Origin: a virus
Lineage: Duplodnaviria; Caudoviricetes
DNA: 64,000 nucleotides
IMG/VR virus record: IMGVR_UViG_3300025084_003138
Span: 1,905-65,904 of that record
Strand: one strand, 5' to 3'
A model generated the notes under the pieces. That model did no database searches. It had not been told where the DNA came from and saw nothing but the letters and a program-made list of their open reading frames with translations. This document shows positions 19,470 through 28,944 of the stretch, in pieces. Every line of letters starts with the position of its first letter. The first letter of the stretch is position 1. The translations under genes were made by a program, and so were the position numbers.

Positions 19470-20817
19470 AGATAAAAGAGTTGATGCAGTTGCCGAACGG
19501 TTAAACAACATCGGACCAGGGTTTTGTACACAGAAATGGTTACATGAAACATTATATCTGCATACAGGTGACAATCACAGTTGTTATCATCCAAGGCCTC
19601 ATCATATTCCTTTAGATGAAATTGCAGAAGACCCAAGTGCATTACATAATACTAAATGGAAAAAAGAACAACGTAAAACAATGCTAGAGGGCGGTAGACC
19701 CGACGAGTGTTATTACTGCTGGAATATTGAAGATCTAGAGGGCGAACATTTAAGTGACAGACATTTTCATAGTGCTAGTTCTTATTCAGAACCAATAATT
19801 GAAGAAGTAGCAAAATTACCTTGGGATCAACATATTAATCCACGCTATCTAGAAGTTAGTTTTGGGAATGGATGTAACTATCGTTGTGGTTATTGTTGTC
19901 CGCAGGCAAGTACGTTGTGGATGGACGAAATTAAAAAACATGGAAATTATGATCTAACATATAATCAATATGGAATTGAATTTTTAGAGCACGGTACTTA
20001 CTACGGACCTAAAGACGATAATCCGTATATCGAAGCATTTTGGAAATGGTGGCCTAGTTTACGCAAAGATCTACACACACTACGTATTACTGGTGGTGAG
20101 CCTCTTATGAATCCTGGCGCAATGCAATTTTTTGATCTATTAGAAAAAGAACCTGCTCCTCAATTAGAAATCAGTGTTAATAGTAATTTTGGAGTAACTA
20201 CTAATAAACATGATCGTATGCTTAATAGAGTACAAAATTTATTAGATACTAATAAAATTAAAAAGTTTACACTGTTTACTAGTATAGATACTTGGGGACC
20301 GCAAGCAGAATATATGCGTACAGGATTACAGTTAACACATTGGGAACGTAATTTAAAAAAAGCACTAAGTATGGGATTCGAAGTAAGCATAATGTGTACT
20401 TTCAATGTGCTTTGTGTATCTAACTATAAAAGTTTAATGCATAAAATGATTGAATGGCGTGAAGAGTTTGGAAAAAATGCAATTAGATTTGATGTTCCAT
20501 ATCTTAAAGAACCTCCGCATTGGATGATAAACATTTTACCTGAATCATTTATACCATATATGGACGACACATTAAAATTTATTGATGATAATATGGATAA
20601 ATTTAAAGCACAAGAATATGAAAAATTCAAACGTGTAACTAATTATATGAAAACTAATCCTGTTGATCCGCAAAAGATTAAACAAGGGCGTAGAGACTTT
20701 TATAGTTTCTTTGAAGAAAATGACAAACGCCTTGGATTAAATCTATTAGAAGTATTTCCAGAGTACACAGAGTTTTATGAACAATGTAAACAGGTATACG
20801 AGTCTTACGAAGTCTAA
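19462..20817 (+). CDS. Radical SAM enzyme with N-terminal twitch domain (close paralog of the preceding gene)
   Basis: CTQKW..SCYH..CYYCW; GNGCNYRCGYC; ITGGEP; TSIDTWGPQAEYMRTG. Confidence 0.9.
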   Translation: MSRDKRVDAVAERLNNIGPGFCTQKWLHETLYLHTGDNHSCYHPRPHHIPLDEIAEDPSALHNTKWKKEQRKTMLEGGRPDECYYCWNIEDLEGEHLSDRHFHSASSYSEPIIEEVAKLPWDQHINPRYLEVSFGNGCNYRCGYCCPQASTLWMDEIKKHGNYDLTYNQYGIEFLEHGTYYGPKDDNPYIEAFWKWWPSLRKDLHTLRITGGEPLMNPGAMQFFDLLEKEPAPQLEISVNSNFGVTTNKHDRMLNRVQNLLDTNKIKKFTLFTSIDTWGPQAEYMRTGLQLTHWERNLKKALSMGFEVSIMCTFNVLCVSNYKSLMHKMIEWREEFGKNAIRFDVPYLKEPPHWMINILPESFIPYMDDTLKFIDDNMDKFKAQEYEKFKRVTNYMKTNPVDPQKIKQGRRDFYSFFEENDKRLGLNLLEVFPEYTEFYEQCKQVYESYEV

Positions 20818-20883
20818 ATTACCAGTTATTATAATAACGCAAGTGTAAATAAGATATATAACAATAAAGGATGTACAACAATT

Positions 20884-22095
20884 ATGATTGATGATACAAA
20901 TAAACAAAGTTGGTGTGTAAACGCTGAACATGCAATGAGTGGCGACAACACAGGTGAAACTAAAATTTGTTGTATGACACGATTTATGAATAGACGCTTG
21001 TCGATTGGTAGAGAGACTATTCAAGAAAACTTTAATCAACCTGACTTTGTAGAAGTACGTGAAGCACTTGCAAAAGGTGAACGCCATGATGTGTGTAAAC
21101 TTTGTTGGGAAGAAGAAGATGCTGGACGTATGAGTAAGCGATTACGAGATAACGAAAAATATGTCAATATGATCGAACAAGGCGGCAAGCCGTTTAAAGG
21201 ACTTGCTAAATTTGAATTAAATCTAGGCAATCAATGTAATCTTAAATGTAGAACTTGTGGGCCTCATTCGAGCAGTACTTGGCTTAAAGAAAGATTTGAT
21301 AGGCAAGAAACAGATAATTACACCGACTTTAAAGCCTATGCTAAAGAAATGCGCAAGTTTAGTAAATGGTACGAGTCGGATAGTCCGTTTTGGGACGACT
21401 TTGATAACAACTTAGAAAATATTAATCAGTTAGACTTTTATGGCGGCGAGCCGTTTATGAGTGAAAAAATGTGGGGCACTTTAAGAAAAGCAGTTGAACT
21501 TGATTATGCAAAAAATATCGAATTACATTATGCAACAAACTGTACAAAATGGCCTGATGATGTTGAAATACTTAAAGAGTTTAGACATCTAAATTTAAAC
21601 TTTAGTATTGATGGAGTACACGACGGATTCAACTATATGAGATATCCCGGCGATTGGGGCGAAGCAGAAGTAACTCTAAATAAAGCAAGAGAATTTGCAA
21701 AAACTCATCCAGATATACATATGAGTTGGATTATCACATTGAGTACTATTAACATTCATAACTTACCTGAAATAATTGCAGAGTACGAAGAAAAATATAG
21801 CGACTTTGGTATTTTCTTAAACTTAGTACATAGTCCTAAATATTATAACATTAATATTTTACCTGACGGTATTAAAGAAGGAGTTATTGAAAAAATAGAA
21901 TCAATTCCTAAAGACTCGTTTGTTTGGACAAACTATTTGCCAGGAGTAATTCAATATATTAAAAATGGCACTCCGAATATTGGCTTATGGAAACAAGCAA
22001 TGAGAGAAATAAAATGGCAAGATACTTATAGAGAACAATCGTTTAAAGATGTGTATCCAGAATATCATCAGTTAATACAGGATGTTTCTAAATGA
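20884..22095 (+). CDS. Radical SAM enzyme with N-terminal twitch domain
   Basis: WCVNAE..ICC..CKLCW..SKR; GNQCNLKCRTC; FYGGEPF; FSIDG..FNYMRYPGDW. Confidence 0.9.
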   Translation: MIDDTNKQSWCVNAEHAMSGDNTGETKICCMTRFMNRRLSIGRETIQENFNQPDFVEVREALAKGERHDVCKLCWEEEDAGRMSKRLRDNEKYVNMIEQGGKPFKGLAKFELNLGNQCNLKCRTCGPHSSSTWLKERFDRQETDNYTDFKAYAKEMRKFSKWYESDSPFWDDFDNNLENINQLDFYGGEPFMSEKMWGTLRKAVELDYAKNIELHYATNCTKWPDDVEILKEFRHLNLNFSIDGVHDGFNYMRYPGDWGEAEVTLNKAREFAKTHPDIHMSWIITLSTINIHNLPEIIAEYEEKYSDFGIFLNLVHSPKYYNINILPDGIKEGVIEKIESIPKDSFVWTNYLPGVIQYIKNGTPNIGLWKQAMREIKWQDTYREQSFKDVYPEYHQLIQDVSK

Positions 22096-23354
22096 TTAAT
22101 TCTTTTTTCACTTGGGAAAAGTTATCACAAATGCATATCGAATTAACAAATTCGTGTAATGCGGCCTGTCCAATGTGTACACGATTTTTTGGTAATAGTC
22201 CGTTAATTAGACCCGACCTTGAATTAGGACAGATTACTTTAGATAAATTTAAAAAGTATTTTCCTAAAGAAGTAATGGATAAAATGGAAGTAATACTATT
22301 TTGTGGCGTACACGGTGATCCCTGTGTTGCAAGAGATGTTTATGAAATTTGTGAATATATTGCCGAAACAAATCCTAATACTTGTGTAAGAATGAATACA
22401 AATGGCGGAATGCGTAATACAGAATTTTGGTCTAAACTAGGTAAACTTTTTGCAAGTAAAGAAAATGGTCCATGGTCTTGGAGAATTACTTTTAGTATTG
22501 ACGGATTAAAAGATACTAATCATTTATATAGGCGTAACGTTGTTTGGGATAAGTTATATGCAAATGTAAAGGCGTATTTAGATACAGGAGCTCAAGCTGA
22601 ATGGGATTTCTTAATATTTAAACATAACGAACATCAACTACAAGAAGCAAAAGACTTATCAGAAGAACTAGGATTTTATGCATTTGTGCCTAAAAAAGCA
22701 TTAGGTGTAGACGATGGCGGATCTTTACGAAAGATGCCCGCAGTATCAAGGACGGGCGATCTTGAATATTACATTGAGGCTCCTGTTGATCCAAAAAATA
22801 GAAATATTGAAACTCCTATAGGCGAAGAAAAAACAGGCCATTGGCAGTTTGATCCAGAAGATTATAAGCGTTTTAGAAAAAATAGAGAAACGCATAATAA
22901 TTATCAGCACATGATAGATAATGCATATAATGTACTTGCTAAAGAAGACAACACACAATTAGATAGTGCAACAATTAAATGTAAAGCAAAAACACGACAA
23001 GAAGGTATTGAGATTTTTGTTGATAATTTTGGAAGAGTAATGCCGTGCTGCTACGCAGGCACTCATTTAGTTGGAACACACGGTGACGGTCAAAGTTTAC
23101 AGTTGCATTATGAAACACAAAAATACGGATGGGAAAAATTTGATCTTGAATTGCATTCTTTAAAAGACATAATGCAGCAAGGTCATTTAGATAGGTTATA
23201 TACCGACTCGTGGTCAAAACCTAGTTGCGGCGATGGTAAAATGGCATACTGTGCAAATATCTGCGGTACTTACAGTAGAGTAGATAGAATTTGGACACAC
23301 GAAGATATGACAGATAAATCCCGTAATTGGCGAAAACCAGCGACTCATGAATAA
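22092..23354 (+). CDS. Radical SAM enzyme with C-terminal twitch/SPASM domain
   Basis: TNSCNAACPMC; FCGVHGDP; FSIDG; C-terminal IKCKAK..VDNFGRVMPCCY..CGDG..YCANICG. Confidence 0.9.
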   Translation: MINSFFTWEKLSQMHIELTNSCNAACPMCTRFFGNSPLIRPDLELGQITLDKFKKYFPKEVMDKMEVILFCGVHGDPCVARDVYEICEYIAETNPNTCVRMNTNGGMRNTEFWSKLGKLFASKENGPWSWRITFSIDGLKDTNHLYRRNVVWDKLYANVKAYLDTGAQAEWDFLIFKHNEHQLQEAKDLSEELGFYAFVPKKALGVDDGGSLRKMPAVSRTGDLEYYIEAPVDPKNRNIETPIGEEKTGHWQFDPEDYKRFRKNRETHNNYQHMIDNAYNVLAKEDNTQLDSATIKCKAKTRQEGIEIFVDNFGRVMPCCYAGTHLVGTHGDGQSLQLHYETQKYGWEKFDLELHSLKDIMQQGHLDRLYTDSWSKPSCGDGKMAYCANICGTYSRVDRIWTHEDMTDKSRNWRKPATHE

Positions 23355-24477
23355 AGATACTTTTTGCGCACTTCCATTTACTGAAATTTTTTTATACCCA
23401 AATGGGGATATAAAACCTTGCTGTTCAGCAGTCATGTCTCTTGGAAATTTAAATACTAATAACATACAAGATATACTACAATCCGATACTGCTAAAGATG
23501 TTAGACAACATATTCTTGACGGTAAATGGCATCCATTATGCGAACAATGCGAACGTCAGGAGCAGCAAGGAGTTAGGTCTGAAAGACAGCCTGAATATAG
23601 TAATGTACTTAGGGACTTAGAATTAACAAATTCAACTTTTAAACTAGAAAGACTTGATTTAAGATGGAGTAATACTTGTAATCTAAGTTGTGTTTATTGT
23701 TATGAAGGCTTTAGTAGTAAGTGGGCAAGTATTAAAGGCATTCCGATTAATGATGTTAAGAAAACTGGTGAAGAAAGTTTATTAGAACTTATTAAAGAAA
23801 ATACAGAGTCAGTTAGTACAGTTATGTTATTAGGAGGTGAACCTCTTTTACAAAAACAAAACTCAATTCTAATTGATATATTACCTAATGTCAATTTTTA
23901 TTGTTTAACTAATCTATCAGTACCGATGAAAACTAATAAAATTGCACAAAAATTAATGGAAAGAGGATCGTGGTCACAATTTGGTGTTAGTATAGAAACT
24001 GTCGGAGATCGATTTGAATATGTAAGACGTAATGCTTCCTGGGACCTGTTTACAGATAATGTAAAATATTTTAACGAAATAGGCAAACCGTTAGAGGCAC
24101 ACTCTTTATACTCTATATATTCTGCATTTAATTTAGTTGAATTTTATGATTTTATATTAGAACATAAGTTTCTTAATATATTTTGGAACTTGTTGGAAAG
24201 TGCAGGCGAAAACAGCAAAGCAAGTGTATTTAGATTACCTAAAAAACTTAAAGATAAAGCAATACAGGAAATTGATCGCTGCGCTGAAAAATACAAAGGC
24301 GAAATTGGGATACACCATTTAGAAGGTTATAAAAATAATTTAGTAAATCAAATAGATAATGAATCTACAACAGAATATCACTTAAATGAAATTAAATCAT
24401 TAGAGCTACTGCAACCATATAATAAAACATTCTCGGATGTTTGGCCTAAGTTATATAAAGGTTTAGTAAAATGTTAG
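23347..24477 (+). CDS. Radical SAM enzyme with N-terminal twitch domain
   Basis: FCALPFTE..GDIKPCC..CEQCERQE..SER; SNTCNLSCVYC; LLGGEP; VSIETVGDRFEYVRRNASW. Confidence 0.9.
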   Translation: MNKDTFCALPFTEIFLYPNGDIKPCCSAVMSLGNLNTNNIQDILQSDTAKDVRQHILDGKWHPLCEQCERQEQQGVRSERQPEYSNVLRDLELTNSTFKLERLDLRWSNTCNLSCVYCYEGFSSKWASIKGIPINDVKKTGEESLLELIKENTESVSTVMLLGGEPLLQKQNSILIDILPNVNFYCLTNLSVPMKTNKIAQKLMERGSWSQFGVSIETVGDRFEYVRRNASWDLFTDNVKYFNEIGKPLEAHSLYSIYSAFNLVEFYDFILEHKFLNIFWNLLESAGENSKASVFRLPKKLKDKAIQEIDRCAEKYKGEIGIHHLEGYKNNLVNQIDNESTTEYHLNEIKSLELLQPYNKTFSDVWPKLYKGLVKC

Positions 24478-25364
24478 TTTATTGTAATGGTGATAGTTTT
24501 ACAGCCGGAATAAGTCTTTACGATTATGTTTTACCTAAATATCTAGGACCAATGACTAAAAAACAAATTAGTAATTCTAGTAAAAATATTAAATATTTTC
24601 AAAAAGTAAAAGATATGTATGATTGCAAGTATGTAGATTACAAATCTATAAAAACTATCAATAATACTAACCTTGAATTTTTTGATGATAAACGCCTCGG
24701 AGCAGTACAATACAGTGATGTAAAACATATTTTAGAAAAACAATTAGCATACCCTGCACAACTAGAAAAAGTTGATAAAACTATAAAAACAATCAATGCT
24801 GCAATTGCAGGAGCAAGTATTACAGGCATAATATATAGGACTATAATAGACTTATTAGATTTTAAAGCAGCAGGACAGAAAATACATAGAGTAGTTATAC
24901 AACTTACTTCCGCAAGTCGAGGTGAATTTTTTTCATCAATCGGGCAAAACTTAATGACAGACAGGCCACTCACACATTTTAATGATCCTGATCACCGTAG
25001 AATATCAAAACTTGTTGCAATAACACATACTGACGAAGATTTTATGATAAAGTACCTTTATACTGTTAGTATGTTAAAAGAAGTTTGTCTAAGCATAACT
25101 GGTAAATTACCTGTAATAATTGATTCCTATAACGGAACATTTTTTGATCCTGTTGTAAAGAGATTAGACAACACAATTAAAAACGATAATCCTAGCGAGT
25201 ACAATCAATTTGAAAAAATATTAGAACATTCTATGTACAATATTTGGAATAATAACTTTATGAAGAACATTGCTGATACAGTTAAAAGACCTTTAGAACA
25301 CGATGAACATTATGCATTAACAGTTCATAAAAAAGCCGCAGCAGAATTGGTTGAGTTATTATGA
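24471..25364 (+). CDS. SGNH/GDSL-like hydrolase or acyltransferase
   Basis: Block I 'VYCNGDSFTAG', 'NAAIAGAS', C-terminal 'EHDEHY..VHKKAA'. Confidence 0.55.
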   Translation: MLVYCNGDSFTAGISLYDYVLPKYLGPMTKKQISNSSKNIKYFQKVKDMYDCKYVDYKSIKTINNTNLEFFDDKRLGAVQYSDVKHILEKQLAYPAQLEKVDKTIKTINAAIAGASITGIIYRTIIDLLDFKAAGQKIHRVVIQLTSASRGEFFSSIGQNLMTDRPLTHFNDPDHRRISKLVAITHTDEDFMIKYLYTVSMLKEVCLSITGKLPVIIDSYNGTFFDPVVKRLDNTIKNDNPSEYNQFEKILEHSMYNIWNNNFMKNIADTVKRPLEHDEHYALTVHKKAAAELVELL

Positions 25365-26089
25365 AAATTTGGGCATATGGAGACAGCTTTGTGGCAGGTG
25401 ATCAGGATATAAAAGGCAGAGTTGATGCTATACCAGAATACCAAGACTATAATAGATACAATGTTAGCTTTTCGTCAGTTCTTGCAAAAAAATTAAATTG
25501 TGAGTTAACAAACAGAGCTGTAAGCGGATGTAGTAATTTTTCTCAAATAGATAAACTTATTGAAGATTCGAAACATATTGAGTCTGATGATATTGTATTG
25601 TTTGGTATTACTAGTTTTTATAGAGATAGGCCAAAAATATCTGTATACTTTAAAGATTTAATACCTAAAACACAAGGACCGGCTCTAGGCGATAGAGAGT
25701 TATTACTTAATGGTGATCTTGCAGTAATTGGGTCGTATGATATTTTTTATACTCTAAGTATTATTGACTCTATTGAAAAAATAAAAAATATTAAGATTAT
25801 AAAATTTAATGCATTTCATAATTTTATGGATGACTGTAATATAAAACATTTAATGAAGTTTAATAATTTTATAAGTTTACATCAACCGTCAAATACGTTG
25901 ATAAATTTATTAGATAATACTTGGGGAAAGATTGATGGAACAAATTTTGTAGATCACAGTAAATGGTCTCCTCCGGAAAAGTATCGAGAGAATTTTACAA
26001 GACAATCTCATCCTAGTATAATAGGACATAAAAAAATAGCAAATTGGCTATACAAGGTATTGAAACATGATTATAACTATTCCATATAA
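25361..26089 (+). CDS. SGNH/GDSL-like hydrolase or acyltransferase
   Basis: 'IWAYGDSFVAG', 'NRAVSGCSN', C-terminal 'SHPSIIGHKKIANWL'. Confidence 0.65.
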   Translation: MKIWAYGDSFVAGDQDIKGRVDAIPEYQDYNRYNVSFSSVLAKKLNCELTNRAVSGCSNFSQIDKLIEDSKHIESDDIVLFGITSFYRDRPKISVYFKDLIPKTQGPALGDRELLLNGDLAVIGSYDIFYTLSIIDSIEKIKNIKIIKFNAFHNFMDDCNIKHLMKFNNFISLHQPSNTLINLLDNTWGKIDGTNFVDHSKWSPPEKYRENFTRQSHPSIIGHKKIANWLYKVLKHDYNYSI

Positions 26090-26891
26090 CTGGTGCAAAG
26101 GTTTAGGTACACAAATCGGTGTAATAAGCGCCATTGCCGATTCTAAGTATACTACAATTAAGTTTTTAGAAAAAACAGATGAATACAAAAATTTTAAATT
26201 TTTTGTAGAGTATTATAATTTAGATTTAGAAATCGTATTAGATAAGCCTACCGACGACGATCAACAAATATTCTTCGATGACTTTTCAAAATTATTTTCA
26301 CCCTATGTAAACAAAGCTACTGATTATAAAAATAATAAGTATATATGTATCAGTATGTATCAAGATCTAACACAATGCTTATTTGATAGTGAAATTATAC
26401 AATATCCGTACAATAAAATGTATACAATAGATCAATACTCGAAAATTTTTGAAATTGTACGGCAAAATGGGTATGATGTAATAACAATGGATTCTAAAGA
26501 TATTACAATACCTGAAAAGTTAGAATTATTATCAAATTGCCGAGCAGTTATAGGATATGAAGGCGGCATAGCACATCTTTGTCATACATTAGGATTGCCT
26601 TTTATAATGCTTCCGTGGCGAGCGTTAAATACAAAACACCCAAGTTTATTAGAACTTTTACATCTAGATAAAAAAACGTATTTTTTAAAAAGTTTAAAAG
26701 AATTATTATGGATGGATACTGAAGAATTTTCCAATATATTAGAGCAGTTAGATAATAATAATGGAAACAATACATTGATGGGCACACGGTTTAATAAAGA
26801 AGAATGGAAAGCTCACGAACTACCTATAAGTTCGGATGAATATAATTTTTTTCCAAGACATAATAAATTAGGCGGAATATATAATATATAA
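26067..26891 (+). CDS. Putative GT-B glycosyltransferase (GT9/heptosyltransferase-like C-terminal motif)
   Basis: 'LELLSNCRAVIGYEGGIAHLCHTLGLPFIML' resembles the GT9 motif (l..adl.vg.DSG..HlA.A.g.P.v.l); N-terminal 'KGLGTQI' resembles GT9 'GLGD.V'. Confidence 0.45.
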   Translation: MIITIPYNWCKGLGTQIGVISAIADSKYTTIKFLEKTDEYKNFKFFVEYYNLDLEIVLDKPTDDDQQIFFDDFSKLFSPYVNKATDYKNNKYICISMYQDLTQCLFDSEIIQYPYNKMYTIDQYSKIFEIVRQNGYDVITMDSKDITIPEKLELLSNCRAVIGYEGGIAHLCHTLGLPFIMLPWRALNTKHPSLLELLHLDKKTYFLKSLKELLWMDTEEFSNILEQLDNNNGNNTLMGTRFNKEEWKAHELPISSDEYNFFPRHNKLGGIYNI

Positions 26892-26908
26892 TATAAAGGA
26901 AATAGATC

Positions 26909-28906
26909 TTGGATAACGAAATTGGTGATTTTGACGACAAGCACTTAGCTGTTATGGAAGCTATACTTCCTTACGCTAAATCTAAACCTCAGAAAAATCT
27001 AGAAGAATTACAAATAGAAAATATAACACGAAACACTTCTGTAAGGTTTTTCTTATTGCCTGAATGGGCACCTAACTTTCCTCCTTATAATTTAGCAAGA
27101 TTGGTTTCTGTGTGTAAAAATGCAGGATATAAATCTGATGCAGTTGATTTAAATATCAAAGCATATCGTCAATGGGAAAAGTGGAATTTAGAATTTAATC
27201 CGTGGCACGGAAGTCAAGAATGGCGCTGGACAGGGCAGTCTTATCACGATTCAATTCATGCACATTTAGCACCGTTATTAGAAGAATATATTACTGCAAT
27301 TGAAGAAGATAATATTGATGTAGTAGGATTCACTTTGTATTATTGTAATCAAGAACCTACACAATGGATGGCAGAACAAATAAAATTAAAATATCCACAT
27401 GTTAAAATACTAGTGGGCGGCCCGCAATGTCATACATTTCCGCCAGGAGAAGAACAATGGTATTACGATTACGTGGTATCAGGCGAAGGCGAGCAAATGT
27501 TGCTTAGAATTCTAAGTCAAATTGAAAAAGACGAAGTTAAAGAAACACAACAAGTATTAACACAACCTCCTGGTATGAGACTTAATTTAGATACTATGCC
27601 GATGCCTGACTACAGTTCGTTTGATATACACGAATACAATATGCCAAACGGAGTTAATACTGAATTCAGTCGAGGCTGTGTTGCTAAATGTGTGTTTTGT
27701 AGTGAGACACACTTTTGGAAATTTAGAGGGCGGTCGTCTAGTAGTTTGTTAAACGAAGTCCTTACACTCAATGAACGTTATGGTATAGATTTTATTTGGT
27801 TCCTTGATAGTTTAGTAAACGGTAATATTAAAGAATTAAGAGCTTTTTGTAAAGGTATAATTGCAAGTGGAATAAAAATTGCCTGGACAGGATATGCTAG
27901 ATGTCACAAAGCAATGGACGAAGAATATTTTGATGATCTAGCTGCAAGCGGATGTAAACATCTTAACTATGGAATCGAATCAGGATCAAATAAAGTTCTT
28001 GAAGACATGGACAAAAAAATTACTGTAGATGTTATTGAGCGTAATTTAGAACTTGGGCATAATGTTGGAATACAAGCACAAACTAATTGGATAGTAGGTT
28101 TTCCTACAGAAAAATTACAAGACATATACGAATCGATGACACTATGTCATCGTAACAGTGATTATTTACAAAACGTAGCTACTGGTCATGGATTCACTGA
28201 ACCGCCAGACACTATCATATCACAAAATTCAGCAAAATATGATATGCTTAGATCTTACTATTTAGACAACTGGATCAATACTGATTTTACTAGTTCTAAA
28301 TTACATCGTATGCTTAGGATCATATATTTTAATATTTTATTAGAACAAACTGTAAGTTATGATAACGAAAAAACATTGCAAAATTTTGACACTACTCGAT
28401 TTTGTTCAGTACAGTTTAAAACAGATAAAAATATTTCAGTTGAATATGAAGATTTTGATTTTGATATAATCAATAGTGGACCGAGCGATTTTGCAAATAG
28501 TTTAATGAACGAAGTATGGCCTCTATTAAGACTATTTTGGAGATCAAGAGGAGCATTTAGTGCATCCTTTAACATTGATCCCAAAGATACATATTCAGTA
28601 TTTGGAAATAGACTTGCAGGTGATGTATCTATGACCGGAACATTCAAAATTAGTGAGACAGGAAACTTTGTTGCAAAATTCCAGTATGCATACAAGCAAC
28701 CGGAAGATGCTTGGAGATACGTTGACTTTTCTAACGAAACTTCGATAGCAGCACAAAATGCACGTATGCAATCGATTCCGGGTAACAAAGGAGAAGTTGT
28801 TTCAAATTTTGAAGAAAAGCGTCATAAGTTTCTAAAGGACCTAGATGAACATCGAAAGATTGATTTTACTTTTGACAAAAGAATTTTAATAAAAGGTTCT
28901 TGGTAG
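26909..28906 (+). CDS. Cobalamin-dependent (class B) radical SAM enzyme, probable methyltransferase
   Basis: B12-binding region (FPPYNLARL...DVVGFT...KILVGGP...VVSGEGE) followed by EFSRGCVAKCVFC, GIESGSNKVLEDMDK and WIVGFPTE; TTG start with AAGGA RBS. Confidence 0.85.
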   Translation: MDNEIGDFDDKHLAVMEAILPYAKSKPQKNLEELQIENITRNTSVRFFLLPEWAPNFPPYNLARLVSVCKNAGYKSDAVDLNIKAYRQWEKWNLEFNPWHGSQEWRWTGQSYHDSIHAHLAPLLEEYITAIEEDNIDVVGFTLYYCNQEPTQWMAEQIKLKYPHVKILVGGPQCHTFPPGEEQWYYDYVVSGEGEQMLLRILSQIEKDEVKETQQVLTQPPGMRLNLDTMPMPDYSSFDIHEYNMPNGVNTEFSRGCVAKCVFCSETHFWKFRGRSSSSLLNEVLTLNERYGIDFIWFLDSLVNGNIKELRAFCKGIIASGIKIAWTGYARCHKAMDEEYFDDLAASGCKHLNYGIESGSNKVLEDMDKKITVDVIERNLELGHNVGIQAQTNWIVGFPTEKLQDIYESMTLCHRNSDYLQNVATGHGFTEPPDTIISQNSAKYDMLRSYYLDNWINTDFTSSKLHRMLRIIYFNILLEQTVSYDNEKTLQNFDTTRFCSVQFKTDKNISVEYEDFDFDIINSGPSDFANSLMNEVWPLLRLFWRSRGAFSASFNIDPKDTYSVFGNRLAGDVSMTGTFKISETGNFVAKFQYAYKQPEDAWRYVDFSNETSIAAQNARMQSIPGNKGEVVSNFEEKRHKFLKDLDEHRKIDFTFDKRILIKGSW

Positions 28907-28909
28907 TTC

Positions 28910-28938
28910 TTGACAAAATATTAATTGTGTAGTATAAT
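28910..28938 (+). promoter_or_regulatory. Perfect sigma70 consensus promoter TTGACA-N17-TATAAT
   Basis: TTGACA 28910-28915, 17-bp spacer, TATAAT 28933-28938; the ATG lies only 6 nt downstream at 28945. Confidence 0.85.
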
Positions 28939-28944
28939 TGAATT

